Shown here: positions 46,303 to 55,404 of the stretch, one piece after another | Layout of the letters: every line of letters starts with the position of its first letter | Numbering within the stretch: the stretch's first letter is position 1 | Assembly (NCBI GenBank): GCA_029262515.1 | Contig: JAJCZH010000023.1 | Location: 16,312 to 80,311, forward strand | DNA from: Deltaproteobacteria bacterium | GTDB lineage: Bacteria > Desulfobacterota > GWC2-55-46 > JADFVP01 | Length of the DNA: 64,000 nt | Direction of reading: 5' to 3' | Made by a program: the position numbers and the translations under genes | Notes under the pieces: model-generated | Told to the model about the DNA's origin: nothing | Database searches by the model: none | What the model saw: the letters and a program-made list of their open reading frames with translations, nothing else

Positions 46303-47693
46303 TTGTTTAGTGTCAGGTCTCTTTTCTTGGCCATTCTACCTATCATATATAAGCCTGCAATTCCTGCAAGCGTAATTCCCAAGATCCGTAGCCGATAATC
46401 CCAGGCCATCTTCTCTGATATGGTTGAGGCGAGTTCGAGCTGGTGTCCATAGCTCAGAAACTTTGTGTCGAAGGGCCCGAGCAATTCATTGCTGACTGCT
46501 GATATAGCGGTTATTAAAATAAGCGCGTAGAGCAGGTCTTTGCCGTGGAAGCGTTTCTGGAGCACGAGGCCGCTTAGAAGTATAACGGCTGGGAATATGT
46601 AGAAGATGTACCGATCGACGTTTATGCCTACGACTGCCGTCAGTGCTATAAAGGGGAGCCAGTAGGCTTGTTCCAGAAGGGTTCGTGCCGCCTCTTTTGT
46701 GCTCCATAGAAGAAGTGCCGAGAGTCCGGCGAATGTGCCGATAGGTATAAGCAAAATGTCGAGTAGGTATAAAGGTCCAAGTTGCAGTCTGTAAGAGTAA
46801 TGGTAGTAGATTAGGTAGAGATAGTCGCCGAGTTGCGGCAGGAGCCTGTTCCAGGATGGGGCCTCAGGAGCTGTTATGCTGTTCGGGATCAGTACTTCTG
46901 AGGCGAAGTGCGGGTGTTCGCGGAGCCAGAAAAAGAGCAGAAGCGGTACCGCGCCAGCGGCAAAAGACTCTGCCAGTCGCCTTGGCATACTATCCTTTGC
47001 CGTAGCTCTTCTCCAAATATATGTCGGTAGCATAAAGAGCAGCATCTCCTTGCAGAGGCTTCCGAGCAGAATTGAGACTATAAAACCCGGAGTATTGCGT
47101 TTTAGAGTGCAGTAAGCAGCTATAGCCAAGAAGGTGAAAGCCCAGGGGTCCGGCATCTGTACCCAGTCAACGTACAGTCTGATAGATAGGAACCAGGTAG
47201 AGTATATAGCGAGTAGGAAGAGGTTTATTCTCCGCTCTACTTTTAAGTGTAAGAGAATAAGAAAGATAAAAAAGAGCTGGAGCGAGTATGCGATGAAGTT
47301 TGATATGTTCCAGTAGTGCCACACCAGCTGGTTGGAGGTAATAGCTGTTACCTTTCCGGTGTCTGCACCGGTAGTAATGTGGTCTGCACTGTCACCCAAG
47401 TCCTTAAATTGCCGATAGCCAAGGAGGTAAGTTATCAATGGTGGAACGATACGCTGCGAGTAGATGATAGGCAGTGTTTGTTCTATTTTCTCCGGATCAT
47501 CCATGTGGAGCACCATCAGCGTGTAGGTTGACGCGTCACCCTTGGAGTAGTGCCTGTTCACGTTTTTGGTGATTAAAGAGAAGTAGGTAAAGAAGAGTAT
47601 TGCCATGAGTAGTAGTGCGGTGACATCAAAGGCCCGGCGGCGCCAGCCGCTATCTGCTGTTGGCATGGTAGTATGGTCGTTCATTTCGTTCAT
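46284..47693 (-). CDS. polytopic membrane protein (about 11-12 TM), possibly GT-C-like
   Basis: Hydrophobicity pattern and acidic motifs in the first extracytoplasmic loop (KGDASTY, HMDDPEK). I recognise no family with confidence. Confidence 0.6.
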   Translation of the reverse strand: MNEMNDHTTMPTADSGWRRRAFDVTALLLMAILFFTYFSLITKNVNRHYSKGDASTYTLMVLHMDDPEKIEQTLPIIYSQRIVPPLITYLLGYRQFKDLGDSADHITTGADTGKVTAITSNQLVWHYWNISNFIAYSLQLFFIFLILLHLKVERRINLFLLAIYSTWFLSIRLYVDWVQMPDPWAFTFLAIAAYCTLKRNTPGFIVSILLGSLCKEMLLFMLPTYIWRRATAKDSMPRRLAESFAAGAVPLLLFFWLREHPHFASEVLIPNSITAPEAPSWNRLLPQLGDYLYLIYYHYSYRLQLGPLYLLDILLIPIGTFAGLSALLLWSTKEAARTLLEQAYWLPFIALTAVVGINVDRYIFYIFPAVILLSGLVLQKRFHGKDLLYALILITAISAVSNELLGPFDTKFLSYGHQLELASTISEKMAWDYRLRILGITLAGIAGLYMIGRMAKKRDLTLNKCAKAH

Positions 47694-47734
47694 AATGGTC
47701 TCGTTTTACCTCGGTACCGTCTTCGGCCCAAGGT

Positions 47735-48895
47735 TTAGACCTTTTCGAATGGATCGAAGAGCTTTTTATGCTCCTCAAGTGCGAAGCGGTCGGTCATGCC
47801 GGCAATATAGTCGCAAATAGTTCTATGCTTCTCATTGACGTTACTCTCTATCAGAAAGGATGTGGCAGGGGGCAGAAGTCGTGGTTGCGACTCGTATGCC
47901 TCAAAGAGTTCGGTGATAATGCGCTCGGCCTTGTGCGCCATTCGTATAACCCGGTTGTGCTTGTAGAGCTTGTTGTTGAGGAACCTCTTAAGCTCTATAT
48001 TGTCGATTCGCATTGAGTCGCTAAAGCGCGCTACAACCTTGCCGCGTCGCCTGACATCAGCAAGGCTTGTGATCCCCTCATCCTCTATCTGCTTTTCTAT
48101 CGTCTCTACAAGGTCTGTAACCTGTGCGTTGATTATCCTTATTATCGTCTGATAGGTATGAACCCTGAAGCATTCACTAGGAAACTCAGTAGTCACATCC
48201 TCGAAGTTCTTCTGCCATAACTGTACCTTCGACAGGTCCTCACGCGTAATCATGCTGGAGTGGAGCCCGTCGTCTATGTCATGGTTGTTATAGGCTATCT
48301 CGTCCGCCATGTCGACAATTTGCGCCTCGAGGCATGAAGAGTGGTCGTCTTCGTACTCACGGTCGGTTTTGGGAGTGTCGTGCTCGCTGTTATGTTTCGC
48401 GATTCCTTCGCGTACCTCCCAGGTGAGGTTGAGGCCGTTAAAACTCGGGTATCTCTTTTCGAGTGTTTCGACTATACGCAGGCTGTGGTTGTTGTGTTCA
48501 AAGCCTCCGTATTCACCCATCAGCCTGTTGAGTATCGCCTCTCCCGAGTGGCCGAAGGGGGGGTGTCCGAGATCGTGCGCAAGGGCTATCGCCTCTGAGA
48601 GGTCTTCGTTGAGCCCGAGGGCGCGCGCAATGGTGCGCGAAATCTGGGCGACCTCAAGGCTGTGCGTAAGGCGTGTTCTGTAGTGGTCGCCTTCGTGGTA
48701 GACGAAGACCTGTGTCTTGTACTCTAGTCGCCTGAATGCGCCGCAGTGTATTATGCGGTCGCGGTCGCGCTGAAAGGGGCTCCTGAAAGGGTGCTCGGCC
48801 TCTTTGTGCCTCCTGCCGCGCGTCTCGGCGCTTTTTACGGCAAAAGAGCTGAGCCTTTCGGCCTCTGTCTCTATGTAGCTCTTCAGTTTCGGCAT
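47735..48895 (-). CDS. dgt: dGTP triphosphohydrolase-like HD-domain protein
   Basis: FRRLEYKTQVF..., HSLEVAQI, HDLGHPPFGH, DIDD. The start is set at MPKLKSY (48895). Confidence 0.85.
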   Translation of the reverse strand: MPKLKSYIETEAERLSSFAVKSAETRGRRHKEAEHPFRSPFQRDRDRIIHCGAFRRLEYKTQVFVYHEGDHYRTRLTHSLEVAQISRTIARALGLNEDLSEAIALAHDLGHPPFGHSGEAILNRLMGEYGGFEHNNHSLRIVETLEKRYPSFNGLNLTWEVREGIAKHNSEHDTPKTDREYEDDHSSCLEAQIVDMADEIAYNNHDIDDGLHSSMITREDLSKVQLWQKNFEDVTTEFPSECFRVHTYQTIIRIINAQVTDLVETIEKQIEDEGITSLADVRRRGKVVARFSDSMRIDNIELKRFLNNKLYKHNRVIRMAHKAERIITELFEAYESQPRLLPPATSFLIESNVNEKHRTICDYIAGMTDRFALEEHKKLFDPFEKV

Positions 48896-49017
48896 TAGTA
48901 TTGATTGATCCGGTAAAGTAACATGTTGATGTGGCAGTACGGAATCCGTACGGATTTCATTTGCGTTGCTCTGTGTTGAGCCGACTTCGGTGCTACGGAG
49001 CGGGCCGGAGCACACTG

Positions 49018-49152
49018 TTATTCGGTGCAGCCGTCCTTTATTGTCAAAAGAAAGTCGGTGTACTCTTCATAATGCTCATCCATCAGCTCTGCGAGGTCGG
49101 CGCCTTCCGGGTCGATATCTTTTTTGATTTTTAGAAATTCGTTAAAGGTCAT
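49018..49152 (-). CDS. unannotated 44-codon acidic small ORF between queC and dgt
   Basis: GGGAGAGGAAAGA lies immediately upstream of the ATG. The product is MTFNEFLKIKKDIDPEGADLAELMDEHYEEYTDFLLTIKDGCTE*. It falls below the ORF-track length cutoff. Confidence 0.35.
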   Translation of the reverse strand: MTFNEFLKIKKDIDPEGADLAELMDEHYEEYTDFLLTIKDGCTE

Positions 49153-49174
49153 TCTTTCCTCTCCCTTTCTTTGT

Positions 49175-49864
49175 TCAAATACGGTTCAAGGTTGCATAAG
49201 GTATCGGATCTTCGCGCCCGGCCTCTTTGAAGGCCTTGATCCTCAATAGGCACGAGTCGCACTTTCCGCAAGCGAGATCGTTGTCGGAGTAACAGGACCA
49301 TGTAAGGTGGAGAGGCGCGTTGAGTTCGAAGCCTTTCTTTACGATTTCCGATTTCCGTCGGTTGATGATCGGCGTAATAATACGGATCGACTTGTCATGG
49401 GCCGTTGCCGCCTTGGTGCCGAGGGCTACAGTCGTTTCGAATGAGTCGAAGAAACTTCTTCGACAGTCGGGATAACCCGTAGCATCCTCTTCAACGGCCC
49501 CTATATAGATCTCCTTGGCTCCGAGAACCTCGGCCCACGATACGGCTATCGCGAGCAGGTGCGCATTCCTGAACGGTACATAGGTTGCCGGTATAACGCC
49601 TTCCGGGCTCGGACCCTCCGGGACCTCTATGCTGTGGTCCGTCAGGGCGCTTCCGCCTATCTGGGACAGGTATGTAATGTCGGCACAGAGGCGTCTCTTT
49701 ATAAAAAGATGGTCGGCGATGGCGTTAAAGGCTTTGAGCTCTCTCGCTTCCGTTCTCTGGCCGTAATTGACGTGCAAAAAGGCGGCATCGCTCTTTTTAA
49801 CGGCTATTGCCGCGGTAACGGCGCTGTCGAGCCCTCCGCTTAGCAGTACGATAGACTTATTCAT
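49175..49864 (-). CDS. queC: 7-cyano-7-deazaguanine synthase
   Basis: SGGLDS PP-loop and C-terminal zinc cysteines C..C.KC.SC. Confidence 0.9.
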   Translation of the reverse strand: MNKSIVLLSGGLDSAVTAAIAVKKSDAAFLHVNYGQRTEARELKAFNAIADHLFIKRRLCADITYLSQIGGSALTDHSIEVPEGPSPEGVIPATYVPFRNAHLLAIAVSWAEVLGAKEIYIGAVEEDATGYPDCRRSFFDSFETTVALGTKAATAHDKSIRIITPIINRRKSEIVKKGFELNAPLHLTWSCYSDNDLACGKCDSCLLRIKAFKEAGREDPIPYATLNRI

Positions 49865-49872
49865 TATTAAAT

Positions 49873-51636
49873 TTAACCATATGAGCCGCGTTGCCTCAAT
49901 GAAAAAATTTCTGTCGCGATTTTCCTACAGGTTTCGCTTTCGTCGAGTGACGTATCTACTTTTATGCTGTCCGTATTGTGAGTCTCGCAGACCTTTTTCT
50001 GCTGGAAATAGGTCTCAATGCCGGCGTCGGAGAGTGTGCCCCCGGCAGCGCTCTCCTTTACAACCCTCTCGCTCAGGCGTTTTAATATTACCTCTTCGGG
50101 CGCGCTGCACTCTATTATATGGAAAGGGTAGCCACCCGCCAGACTCCGGGCCGAGTCTATTTGGCTCTTTTTTAAAAATGTCGCATCGAGCAGGCAGGCC
50201 TGTCCGGCACCGAGCGTTTCTTTGGCTCTCAGCACGATCTCTTCGTATGTCTTTTTTGTGAATTCCGGGGAGTAGATTCCTTTTTCGTAGCCTGCGTAAC
50301 TGTGGGCAGAGGCGCCGAGACCGGCGAGTTCCTTTCTTACGTTATCGGAGCTTATGTGGGCAGCACCGAGCAGACGGCTCAGTCTTTGCGCCAGGGTGCT
50401 CTTGCCGGTGCCTGAGAGGCCGAAGACGATGATCAACATAGGCTCAACGCACTGCTCTGTATGATAGGCCTTAACCCCGGAGCTACGATTGGCGCTACGG
50501 CTTGCGATGCAACAGGCTGCGTACCTGAGCGCAAGATGGAAGTGGTGGCGTGCATTGAAGAAGGCTTCGGCTTTATCGCTCTTTGCCACTTCGGGCTCCT
50601 TGAACTTAAGACCCTCTACCTTGCCGCGTATGTATGCGCGGTAGCTCTTGTAGAAGTTTATAAGCTCTCTGCCTCTAGAGTCCCCTGTGGCGCCAAAGTA
50701 GCTGTCTTCCAGGATACGGGCCAGGTCGTGGCGTCCCCTGAAGTCGAGGTCCATTGAGAGAAAGGCGATCTCGGCCACGGTGTCCGAGAACCTGAACCGC
50801 TCGGAGAACTCGATGCAGTCGAAGATTTCTATCTCCGTCTCTTTGCCGGTGTTCTTCTTGCCGGAAGCGGGGAGTATTATATGTTCGGCATGGACGTCGC
50901 CGTGGCAGTCGCGAATAAACCCTCCGGTTACACGGGCCATGAAGAGCTCGTCAAACTCGGTCAAAAAAGTATCGGTGTACTCTTTTAAGTATCGGTAAGC
51001 CTCTTCGGGGATAATCTTATCCACAAAGCCCTCTGTCTGAGTGAAGTTCTGCTCTGTATTTTGCCTTATTGCTTTAGGGGCGCCGTAGGCGGAGATCGCC
51101 TCGTTCGTCTCGGCCCCTGTCTCGGTTTCTGGAGCAATACCCGAAACGGCCTTGCCGCCGTAGTGGAAGTTTGCTAAACGGGCCCCTATGTCGCTTATCA
51201 TCTCTGGCGTAACGCTCCTGTCATTGATCTTCTCTTCGAGCGTGCAACCCTTTGCTATCCTCTTCATCTTGACCGCGCAATCGATTACAGAAGAACCGGG
51301 TACAGAAGAACCGGCTCCTGTTTCTTCAATGCGGTAGGTGCCGCCTCTTTCCGTGATCTCGACCATGCCGAGGTAGAGGTCCGGGGCGAGACGGCGGTTG
51401 AGCCTAAGTTCTTCAGAGCAGAAGTGGAGGCGGCTTTCGAGCGTGGTGAAGTCGAGAAAGCCGAAATTGACCGGTTTTTTTATCTTGTAGGCGAAGTTGT
51501 CGGTTAAAAGGACGTAGGAGATGTGGGTCTGAATAAGTTCTACCTTTGTTGTCGGTTCGGGGTAGGCCTCGGAGTTGAGCAACGCGATTATCATTTCCGG
51601 TATCTTAGGTGTTTTCGGTATTTCAGGCAGGCTCAT
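49873..51636 (-). CDS. bifunctional aminoglycoside-phosphotransferase-like / P-loop kinase protein
   Basis: N-terminal APH-fold (IQTHISYVLL..AYKIKKPV.FGFLDF, DCHGDVH) and C-terminal P-loop GLSGTGKSTLA. Confidence 0.75.
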   Translation of the reverse strand: MSLPEIPKTPKIPEMIIALLNSEAYPEPTTKVELIQTHISYVLLTDNFAYKIKKPVNFGFLDFTTLESRLHFCSEELRLNRRLAPDLYLGMVEITERGGTYRIEETGAGSSVPGSSVIDCAVKMKRIAKGCTLEEKINDRSVTPEMISDIGARLANFHYGGKAVSGIAPETETGAETNEAISAYGAPKAIRQNTEQNFTQTEGFVDKIIPEEAYRYLKEYTDTFLTEFDELFMARVTGGFIRDCHGDVHAEHIILPASGKKNTGKETEIEIFDCIEFSERFRFSDTVAEIAFLSMDLDFRGRHDLARILEDSYFGATGDSRGRELINFYKSYRAYIRGKVEGLKFKEPEVAKSDKAEAFFNARHHFHLALRYAACCIASRSANRSSGVKAYHTEQCVEPMLIIVFGLSGTGKSTLAQRLSRLLGAAHISSDNVRKELAGLGASAHSYAGYEKGIYSPEFTKKTYEEIVLRAKETLGAGQACLLDATFLKKSQIDSARSLAGGYPFHIIECSAPEEVILKRLSERVVKESAAGGTLSDAGIETYFQQKKVCETHNTDSIKVDTSLDESETCRKIATEIFSLRQRGSYG

Positions 51637-51700
51637 AACTCCTCCTGCATACCGGTCCTGTTTTGCTTTGCCGGGTTGTTATGCGGCCCCGTAAGCGTCT

Positions 51701-52234
51701 TCACTCTTCCTCCAGAATATAGATTCCCTTGAGCCCCCGGTAAGATTCATTATAATCCATTCCGTAACCCACGACAAAACCTTCTGAGATGCGTGTGCCT
51801 ATATACTGGGGCCAGTACGGATCTTCATTTATCGATTCGCGGTAGAGCAGAGTAGCTACTTTTATAGAGGCTGGTGAGTTTTTCGAAAGGTGTTCCGTGA
51901 CGGCATGCGCGCTCTTGCCCCTGTCTATAATATCTTCAACCAGAATCACGTCGCGCCCCGTTACATTGGTTGTTATCTCTCTTTTGATTGCGATGTTCTT
52001 TGATGCTTCGCTTCCGTTTGAGTAGCTCGAAGGCTGTATGAAGTCTATGTCGAAGTCGATGTCGAGTTCGCGGATCAGGTCTGCGAGAAATACTACGGCG
52101 CTTTTGAGCGCGCAGACGAGTACCGGGTGGCTGTCCCTGTAGTCGCGTGCGATCTCGCGGGCGAGCCGCTCTACGATTTGCTTAATCTCAACGGGTGAGA
52201 TGATCTCTTTGAGCTTTTTATCTTGATAGTCCAT
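51701..52234 (-). CDS. hpt: hypoxanthine(-guanine) phosphoribosyltransferase
   Basis: PRPP motif VILVEDIIDRGKS. The start is set at MDYQDKK (52234). The upstream Lys-rich extension runs into the lepA promoter. Confidence 0.9.
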   Translation of the reverse strand: MDYQDKKLKEIISPVEIKQIVERLAREIARDYRDSHPVLVCALKSAVVFLADLIRELDIDFDIDFIQPSSYSNGSEASKNIAIKREITTNVTGRDVILVEDIIDRGKSAHAVTEHLSKNSPASIKVATLLYRESINEDPYWPQYIGTRISEGFVVGYGMDYNESYRGLKGIYILEEE

Positions 52235-52431
52235 TATCTCTTTAAAGTATAGCAGGTTAAAACCTCTCTGTTTCACCAAAAGAGGTTCATTGCAGGCCTT
52301 GTTTGTCGATAGGCGAATATTATCTGTTCTCGGTCTTTTTAGCACTATCTTTTTTCTTTTTTTTTGGTCTTTTGACTTCCCCTCCGGGGCAGGTTCCGGA
52401 CATTTCTTTCGGCCTCTTTTTGAAATCCCTT

Positions 52432-52460
52432 TTGACAAGCATGAGTCGATACATTACAAT
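52432..52460 (+). promoter_or_regulatory. sigma70 promoter of lepA
   Basis: TTGACA, 17-nt spacer, TACAAT. Confidence 0.55.
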
Positions 52461-52578
52461 AACAGATTGTTTTTTTTGCTTAAATCAACGACAGCACACT
52501 TCTGTTTTGCGGCTTCGTTTGTCGATTGAACTGACGCAGTGAGCAGAGCAGCATAAGTGTGATTAAAAAGGAAATAAA

Positions 52579-54378
52579 GTGATAGACAAGGAAAGAATAC
52601 GCAATTTTTCAATAATTGCCCACATAGACCACGGCAAGAGTACGCTTTCCGACCGGTTGCTAGAGTACACCGGCGCTATAACCAAGCGCGAGATGGTGGA
52701 GCAGTTTCTCGATAAGATGGACCTGGAGCGCGAGCGCGGCATAACCATTAAGGCGCAGTCCGCACGTTTAGAGTACAAGGCCGACGACGGGGTGGAGTAT
52801 GTCTTCAACCTGATAGATACACCGGGCCATGTGGATTTTAGTTACGAGGTCAGCCGTTCGCTCTCGGCTTGCGAGGGTGCGCTTCTGATAGTAGATGCCT
52901 CGCAGGGCGTAGAGGCTCAGACGGTCGCGCATCTCTACACGGCCATAGACGTCGGGTTGGAGATACTGCCGGTTCTGAACAAGATAGACCTTCCCTCTGC
53001 CGAGCCGGACAGGATAAAGGCCGAAATCGAGGAGGTGCTCGGGCTCGATGCCTCCGATGCCCTGCTCGTAAGCGCCAAGGAGGGTATAGGGATAAAAGAG
53101 ACCCTTGAGGCTATTGTCCATCTTGTTCCGCCTCCGTCGGGCATGGTCGAAGCCCCGTTAAAGGCGCTTGTCTACGACTGCTGGTACGACAAGTACCAGG
53201 GAGTTATCGTGCAGGTACGGATAGTCGAGGGCGTTTTAAAGAAAGGCATGAAGATCCGTTTTATGGCCACCGGCAAAGAGTTCGATGTCGATTCCGTCGG
53301 GGTCTTTACGCCCCAGGCGCTAGAAACCGGTGAACTCGGCCCGGGTGAGGTCGGTTTCGTTATAGCCGGCGTTAAGGAGGTACGCGACACCAAAGTAGGT
53401 GATACCATAACCGGGGCCCTCGACCCGACGCCTGAGCCGCTTCCAGGATACAAAGATGCCAAGGCCATGGTCTTTAGCGGCCTCTACCCCGTGGACTCGA
53501 AGCAGTATGAAGATCTTAAAGAGGCCGTTGTGAAACTGCGCCTCAACGACTCGTCTTTCTCTTTCGAGCCGGAGACGTCGCTTGCGCTCGGTTTCGGTTT
53601 CAGGTGCGGTTTTCTCGGCCTCTTTCACATGGAGATAATCCAGGAGAGGCTGGAGCGCGAGTACGACCTTGAGCTTATTACCACCGCCCCGACGGTTGCT
53701 TACAGGGTCACGAAGGTAGACGGCGAGCAGGTTTATGTGGAGAACCCGTCGGAGTTACCCCCGGTGCAGAAGATAGACTTTGTGGAGGAGCCGTTTATCG
53801 AGGCGTCGCTGCATGTGCCGGCCGAGTTTCTGGGCTCCCTTTTGACGCTCTGCGAGAGTAAGCGCGGCATTCAGAAGGAGATAAAGTTCTTAACCACGTC
53901 GCGCGTGCTCGTTACGTATGAACTGCCGTTGAACGAAGTCGTTATGGACTTTTACGATCGTCTCAAAACACTTAGCAAGGGTTATGCCTCCATGGATTAC
54001 GAGTACCTCGATTTCAGGGTATCAAAGCTCGTAAAACTGGATATACTGATCAACGGCGAGTCCGTCGACGCGCTCTCTCTTATCGTGCCGAAGGAGAAGG
54101 CCTTTGAGCGGGGCAAGGATCTGGTCGTCAAGATGAAGGAGATAATACCGCGCCAGATGTTCGAGGTAGTGATTCAGGCGGCTATAGGAAGTCGGGTAGT
54201 TGCGCGAGAGAGCGTACGCGCCATGAGAAAGAACGTGACGGCCAAGTGTTACGGCGGGGATATTACCAGAAAGAGAAAACTTATTGAGAAGCAGAAGGAA
54301 GGCAAGAAGCGGATGAAGTCCGTAGGCAGGGTCGAGCTTCCGCAGGAGGCCTTTCTTGCGGTGCTCAAGGTAACCTGA
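52579..54378 (+). CDS. lepA: translation elongation factor 4
   Basis: [20 protein letters not shown], and the LepA-specific C-terminal domain. Confidence 0.95.
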   Translation: MIDKERIRNFSIIAHIDHGKSTLSDRLLEYTGAITKREMVEQFLDKMDLERERGITIKAQSARLEYKADDGVEYVFNLIDTPGHVDFSYEVSRSLSACEGALLIVDASQGVEAQTVAHLYTAIDVGLEILPVLNKIDLPSAEPDRIKAEIEEVLGLDASDALLVSAKEGIGIKETLEAIVHLVPPPSGMVEAPLKALVYDCWYDKYQGVIVQVRIVEGVLKKGMKIRFMATGKEFDVDSVGVFTPQALETGELGPGEVGFVIAGVKEVRDTKVGDTITGALDPTPEPLPGYKDAKAMVFSGLYPVDSKQYEDLKEAVVKLRLNDSSFSFEPETSLALGFGFRCGFLGLFHMEIIQERLEREYDLELITTAPTVAYRVTKVDGEQVYVENPSELPPVQKIDFVEEPFIEASLHVPAEFLGSLLTLCESKRGIQKEIKFLTTSRVLVTYELPLNEVVMDFYDRLKTLSKGYASMDYEYLDFRVSKLVKLDILINGESVDALSLIVPKEKAFERGKDLVVKMKEIIPRQMFEVVIQAAIGSRVVARESVRAMRKNVTAKCYGGDITRKRKLIEKQKEGKKRMKSVGRVELPQEAFLAVLKVT

Positions 54379-54497
54379 AGATGGCTGAATGCCGGTCTGC
54401 CGTGTTATTGGTCGGTTTATTGATAGATTTCTTTGAATAGTCGATTTTTTCTTGATTTTTCTTAATGATTTTCTTTTTTTTCTTAAAGTGAGGTGCA

Positions 54498-55226
54498 ATG
54501 GGACGCAGAGATTACGAAGAAGAGCCGACGGGGTCAAAGAAGGGCTCCATCGCCGACAGGGCGGGCAAGCCGGAGAGCAAGAAGAGCAAGCGGCCGGTCA
54601 AAGAGACCATAGAGGCTATACTTATTGCAGTCCTTCTTGCGCTCTTTATACGGACCTTTGTTATTCAGGCCTTCAAGATACCGTCGGGCTCCATGGAGAA
54701 TACCCTGCTCGTTGGCGACCACCTGATTGTAAGCAAATTCGCTTACGGTCTGCAGGTGCCGTTACCGGCAATGATCAAGCTCTTCGGTGTCAAGGTTCCG
54801 TTCTTCTCCACGCGCCTTGTCAATACGTGGGGCGGAGTCGAGCGCGGTGATATAATAGTCTTCCGTTTTCCCGGAGACAGGTACAAGGATTATATCAAAC
54901 GGACTATTGCGATACCCGGGGACACTGTAGAGGTTCGCGACAAGGTGGTCTATGTCAACGGCAAGAGAACAGAGGATCCGTATGCGGTGCATAAGGGCGG
55001 CCTTTATGGAGAGAACCAGGAGCGCGCCAACAACTTCGGCCCGTATAAAGTTCCAGTTGGCAAAGTCTTCGCTATGGGCGACAACCGCGAGCGGAGTTAC
55101 GATTCGCGCTTCTGGGGCCCTGTGCCTATAAAAGATATCAAGGGCAAGGCCTTTATCATCTACTGGTCGTGGGACGGCGGCAAGAAATGGATACGCGGCG
55201 GCAGGATCGGCTCGATTCTCCATTAA
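54498..55226 (+). CDS. lepB: signal peptidase I
   Basis: Catalytic Ser box IPSGSMENTL, Lys box YIKRTIAIPGD, GDNRERSYDSR. Confidence 0.9.
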   Translation: MGRRDYEEEPTGSKKGSIADRAGKPESKKSKRPVKETIEAILIAVLLALFIRTFVIQAFKIPSGSMENTLLVGDHLIVSKFAYGLQVPLPAMIKLFGVKVPFFSTRLVNTWGGVERGDIIVFRFPGDRYKDYIKRTIAIPGDTVEVRDKVVYVNGKRTEDPYAVHKGGLYGENQERANNFGPYKVPVGKVFAMGDNRERSYDSRFWGPVPIKDIKGKAFIIYWSWDGGKKWIRGGRIGSILH

Positions 55227-55283
55227 CCTTCTCTCTGTCTCGCTATTATCCATAATTGGCAGATGTTATATACTGTTTGCTCG

Positions 55284-55309
55284 ATTTAGCCCAATTTAGC
55301 CCAATTTAG
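55284..55309. repeat. 2.6 tandem copies of a 10-bp unit, ATTTAGCCCA
   Basis: Read directly from the sequence. It lies about 100 nt upstream of xerC. Confidence 0.8.
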
Positions 55310-55404
55310 ATTGAAGACAAGCCTCCTAAATGGTATAAGTACCTTACGATTCTCAGTTTTTCTTGTATCTGCTTTACGGTGCCTCACGATAGCAGAGAGT
55401 TGAC

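Noticed and set aside
47735-48895. The dGTPase, considered as an anti-phage nucleotide-depletion defence gene.
   Set aside because: Dgt-like HD proteins are also common housekeeping genes. It sits in a core-gene string with no other defence genes, and sequence alone cannot tell the two roles apart.
52235-52438. A Lys/Arg-rich 68-residue N-terminal extension of hpt, which makes the tracked ORF 245 aa.
   Set aside because: The extension is translated from the A/T-rich divergent promoter region. Its ATG lies inside the lepA -35 box. The 177-aa version starting at MDYQDKK has the normal Hpt length.
52235-52578. The divergent strand switch (minus-strand genes to the left, plus-strand genes to the right) with an AT-rich 344-bp spacer, considered as a possible replication origin.
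   Set aside because: There is no cluster of DnaA boxes. I found only isolated one-mismatch TTATCCACA-like sites, for example TTATCCATA near 55249. No dnaA, dnaN or gidA is nearby. The spacer is explained by two divergent promoters.
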